Source: a virus (Duplodnaviria; Caudoviricetes). From it: DNA of 43,714 nt. Where the stretch lies: IMG/VR virus record IMGVR_UViG_3300044508_000045, positions 1 through 43,714 of that record. One strand, given 5' to 3'. A model generated the notes under the pieces. The model saw only the letters and a list, made by a program, of their open reading frames with translations, ran no database searches and had not been told where the DNA came from. The position numbers and the translations under genes were made by a program. This document shows positions 40,818-43,714 of this stretch, piece by piece (the first letter of the stretch is position 1; each line of letters starts with the position of its first letter).

Positions 40818-41717
40818 CTAGTTGGTCTCGAGGTAGTGGACCCGGAAGACCTTCTCGTCCTGGATGCGGACGGCGCCGATGTCGACGGTCGTCTGGACGA
40901 CGGTGTCGAACCAGGTGCCAGGGTCCTTGTCCGCCTCGGTGACGGCGTCGGAGAGGACCAGGAGGCCCATCGCGTCCTTCGTGTAGGCCGCGCCGTAGAT
41001 CTGCGCCGGCGGACCGACGACGGCCTTCTCGAGGCGGTTGGTCACGATCCAGGAGAAGCCCATCCAGCCCTGGACCAGGCCGCCGGCCATGAGCGCCTTG
41101 CCGTTGGCGTAGTCCTGGGACGTCGCCTTCGGGTCGTCGAGGAGCTCGTTCACGAAGTTCGGGGTGACGAGGAAGAACTTCTCCTCGTCGGGGTCGATGT
41201 CCTTCTCGAGCATCGCCTCGTTCACCTCGCGGACGAGGGCGACGGAGGGGGCGATGGCGGCGCCGCCGAGCTGGTTCGCGGCGGGGTGGGCGTTGGCGTT
41301 GCCGGCCGAGTCCGCCGCGGAGGCGAAGAGCGCGGCGATGATGACGTCGTCGAAGGTCCGGCCGACCATCGCGGCGTGCTTGGTGCGGAGCTCGGAGGTC
41401 GGGTCGGTGATCATCCGCAGCGCCTCGGCGCGGCTGAACGAGTCGGCCTTGCCGTAGTGCGCCGGGATGGCGACCCGGTCGTTGTAGACCGTGTTGTCGA
41501 AGGACGTCGCGGTGCGCTTGCCGGCGTTCGCGCCGACGTTCGAGCGGGCGGCCATCGCCGGGCCGGCCCCGATGACGCGGAAGGCGTGGGAGCTCGTGGC
41601 GCCCGGGGACTTCTCGCTGACCGTGCGGCGGAGCTTCGAGTACTTCTGCTGCGCGAGGTGGATGACGTCCGACTCGAACGTCTTGATGAAGTGGTTCTGG
41701 ATCTCGTTGACGGCCAT
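40818..41717 (-). CDS. major capsid protein
   Basis: FIKTFESDVIHLAQQKYSKLR...GRTFDDVIIAA...SQDY...WMGFSWIVTNRL...GAVRIQDEKV, typical podovirus HK97-fold MCP. Confidence 0.92.
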   Translation of the reverse strand: MAVNEIQNHFIKTFESDVIHLAQQKYSKLRRTVSEKSPGATSSHAFRVIGAGPAMAARSNVGANAGKRTATSFDNTVYNDRVAIPAHYGKADSFSRAEALRMITDPTSELRTKHAAMVGRTFDDVIIAALFASAADSAGNANAHPAANQLGGAAIAPSVALVREVNEAMLEKDIDPDEEKFFLVTPNFVNELLDDPKATSQDYANGKALMAGGLVQGWMGFSWIVTNRLEKAVVGPPAQIYGAAYTKDAMGLLVLSDAVTEADKDPGTWFDTVVQTTVDIGAVRIQDEKVFRVHYLETN

Positions 41718-41729
41718 GGTGGCGCGCCT

Positions 41730-41866
41730 TTCTGCCCGCTACACGCGGGCGACTGGTGGGTCGCCGCGAGTAGTCCGGGTTGCCGGGCCCGCCTGGCTTG
41801 GAGCTGCTGCGCCCGCTCCCGAGGCCCTGGGCTACGCGGGGCCGGTGTGCGCCGGTAGTCCCGCTT
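41730..41866 (-). other. structured 5' leader of the capsid mRNA
   Basis: Two hairpins, each containing GGACTAC at an internal bulge (see findings). Confidence 0.45.
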
Positions 41867-41882
41867 CCAGGTCGACAGGGGC

Positions 41883-41904
41883 AGGCTACGGCTGGGCTGG
41901 GACA
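41883..41904 (-). promoter_or_regulatory. putative late promoter (major capsid)
   Basis: TGTCCCAG-cccagccg-TAGCCT. Confidence 0.7.
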
Positions 41905-41923
41905 GGAGCGCGCGCGCCGAGGC

Positions 41924-42337
41924 TCAGAACTTGTCGTAGCCCTGCAGAGACACCGTCGCGAAGTTGGTCGCCGCCGGAGCTGCAGCGCTCTCGAGCGTCA
42001 TCGCGGTGTTCACCGAGCCCGGGATGGAGAGCCCGGAGAGCACCACGCACTGCCCCGAGCCGAGCGGCGCCATCAGCCGGGCGCTCCAGAGGATCGTCCC
42101 GGCGCCGGTGGCGCCGTCACGGAGGTTGAAGACGAGCGTCGGCTGGGCGGCGACTCCGCTCACGCAGACCGTGAGCCCCGTGGCGACGTGGCGCCTGGTG
42201 GCGACCGCCGCCCTGGAGATCGTGGCCGCCGTCGCGGCCGCGGGCTGGTGCTGGACGCTCCAGTTCGCGATCGGCGCCGAGACCTGGGCGGAGGCGACGA
42301 CCGGGACGAGCAGGAGGGCGGCGAGCAGGTGCTTCAT
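41924..42337 (-). CDS. signal-peptide-bearing small beta-sandwich protein
   Basis: AAGGGG RBS; MKHLLAALLLVPVVASA-QV signal; two Cys in the mature part. Confidence 0.75.
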   Translation of the reverse strand: MKHLLAALLLVPVVASAQVSAPIANWSVQHQPAAATAATISRAAVATRRHVATGLTVCVSGVAAQPTLVFNLRDGATGAGTILWSARLMAPLGSGQCVVLSGLSIPGSVNTAMTLESAAAPAATNFATVSLQGYDKF

Positions 42338-42371
42338 GGCGGTTCCCCTTCCGAGAGCTGTGGACGGGGCG

Positions 42372-42393
42372 ATGCTAGGGCGCCGCTGGGACA
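42372..42393 (-). promoter_or_regulatory. putative late promoter (41924..42337 gene)
   Basis: TGTCCCAG-cggcgccc-TAGCAT. Confidence 0.7.
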
Positions 42394-42568
42394 GGGGTGC
42401 GCTTGGTCCCGAACGAAGCAGGGGGGGATCGCACCGGCCGCTCGGGACTGCACGCAGACGCAACCCGTTGAGATCCCTGCACGCGCGCCGCGTGCCAGAT
42501 CGCACCCGGCGCACCGGCCGACACCCGTCGCGGCGGGCGTGACTGCAAAATGACTGCGGGGGCGAGAC

Positions 42569-43552
42569 CTACCCGGCGCCGACCACGGCGAGCATCCGCT
42601 CCAGCCGGTGCCGGTAGGTGTGCTCCGCCAGGGCGCGGCGCGCTCCCGCGGCCCTGACCTTCTGGGCCTCAGCCGGGAGCCGCTTCGCCCAGGCGATGTG
42701 CTCGACGAGCTCCTCGTAGGTCCGGTACGAGAGGACCTCCTTCCCGGGCTCGAAGCACTGCTCGATGACGGGACGGTGCTCGATGAGCTGGAGCCCGCCA
42801 GCGCCGGCGATCTCGAACGCCCGGCAGTTCAGGGAGTCGCCCTCGGCGAGGCTCATCGAGTTGAGGCAGGCGAGCCCCTCTCCGAAGATCCGGCTCTTCT
42901 CCTCCTTCACGATGTACCGGCCCAGGTGCGCGGGGCGCACCGCCGGATCGGCCCACCGGGGGAGCGGCGGGCCGTAGCCGTCCACCCGGTGCCCGTCCTG
43001 GAGAAGCCGCCGAACCAGCGCCTGCCTCATCCCGTACCAGTTGCCGGCGACGACGATCGCCCCGTTGGCCTGCGTCGCCACCTGCCGGTGCCACGCCGGG
43101 TTCATCGCCTCGTGGAGCAGGTGCGCGTTGACCCCCACCCGCCGGAGGTCGTCGACGGCGTCGTGGTCCTTCATGAAGACGGCGTCCCAGCCGGGCACCA
43201 TGAGACCCGCGCCCCGCATGTTGGCCGGGCAATCGCCCCACCAGGCCACGAGGTGGCGCACGCCCGCACGGCGGAGACCGCGCAGCGTCTCCTCGGTCAC
43301 GGAGCGGGTCATCGCGAGGACCAGGTCCACGCGCTGGGCGCGACAGGTCCGAAGGAGCCACCTCTCGTAGTCCGGGACGTAGCGACCGGAGCGCTCCCTC
43401 AACTCGGCCCACACCTTGCGCAGACGGGCCGCCGTCCGGCCCCCGCGCGCCAGAGGCGTCGTCGCCACCTCGTGCCCCATCTGGCGCAGCGTGGTGGCGA
43501 CGTTCTCGGTGAAGCTGTCCGCGGACTCGTACCCGGCGATGGCGACGCGCAT
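42569..43552 (-). CDS. CgeB/Glyco_trans_1_2-like GT-B glycosyltransferase
   Basis: WWGD, LHEAMNPAWH, VVAGNWY..R, CLN...NCRAFEIAGAGG, FEPGKEVLSY, ARRALAEHTYRHRL. Confidence 0.88.
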   Translation of the reverse strand: MRVAIAGYESADSFTENVATTLRQMGHEVATTPLARGGRTAARLRKVWAELRERSGRYVPDYERWLLRTCRAQRVDLVLAMTRSVTEETLRGLRRAGVRHLVAWWGDCPANMRGAGLMVPGWDAVFMKDHDAVDDLRRVGVNAHLLHEAMNPAWHRQVATQANGAIVVAGNWYGMRQALVRRLLQDGHRVDGYGPPLPRWADPAVRPAHLGRYIVKEEKSRIFGEGLACLNSMSLAEGDSLNCRAFEIAGAGGLQLIEHRPVIEQCFEPGKEVLSYRTYEELVEHIAWAKRLPAEAQKVRAAGARRALAEHTYRHRLERMLAVVGAG

Positions 43553-43560
43553 GCGCGCGC

Positions 43561-43569
43561 AGGCTACCA
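43561..43569 (-). promoter_or_regulatory. extended -10 promoter for the glycosyltransferase (leaderless)
   Basis: TG-G-TAGCCT, then 8 nt to ATG 43552; no SD. Confidence 0.5.
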
Positions 43570-43576
43570 CGCCACG

Positions 43577-43714
43577 CTACTTGGCGACCCACCCGGTGTT
43601 GCCGGTCCCGGACTCCTTGACGTAGAGCGTCGTCCCGGCGCCGCCGTCCGTGCGGAGGTACAGGGACCCGACCGGCGCGCTGATGGCGGCCTCCGGGCTT
43701 CCCGCCCCCGTGCG
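43577..43714 (-). CDS. 3' end of the tailspike gene (second copy, truncated by window edge); direct repeat copy 2
   Basis: Encodes RTGAGSPEAAISAPVGSLYLRTDGGAGTTLYVKESGTGNTGWVAK*, identical to the C-terminus of 6148..8286 but with TAG instead of TGA. Confidence 0.92.
   Translation of the reverse strand, partial: RTGAGSPEAAISAPVGSLYLRTDGGAGTTLYVKESGTGNTGWVAK

Overview
High-GC tailed-phage DNA with no host housekeeping genes. About 6.15-43.6 kb reads as one complete temperate podovirus. It has a T7/BPP-1-style portal, tail tubular proteins A/B, internal virion proteins and a T7-gp17-anchored beta-helix tailspike. It also has a lambda-like cI/cro switch, YqaJ-RecT, an initiator plus DnaB-like helicase, a tyrosine integrase and an attP carrying the 3' half of tRNA-Asn(GTT). 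The last 136 nt of the window repeat 6150-6285 (tailspike 3' end, one mismatch), which closes a circle of 37,429 bp with attP intact, i.e. the excised form. Bases 1-6147 look like the early region of a second, related phage joined at that shared tailspike end: it has homologues of two genes in the circle but uses Gam+ERF instead of YqaJ+RecT and has no integrase. Most interesting observations: (i) two late genes flanking the major capsid gene encode Sec-signal-peptide, two-cysteine beta-rich proteins; (ii) four copies of a late-promoter motif TGTCCCAG-N8-KAGMMT; (iii) two paralogous genes with combinatorially varied 33-bp repeats flanking the Gam/ERF module; (iv) a glycosyltransferase with its own promoter next to the tailspike, inside a block that splits scaffold from capsid; (v) four palindromic operators and a fully resolvable attP. 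All product calls come from reading motifs by eye; no database search was run. A Myxococcota-like host is only an inference.
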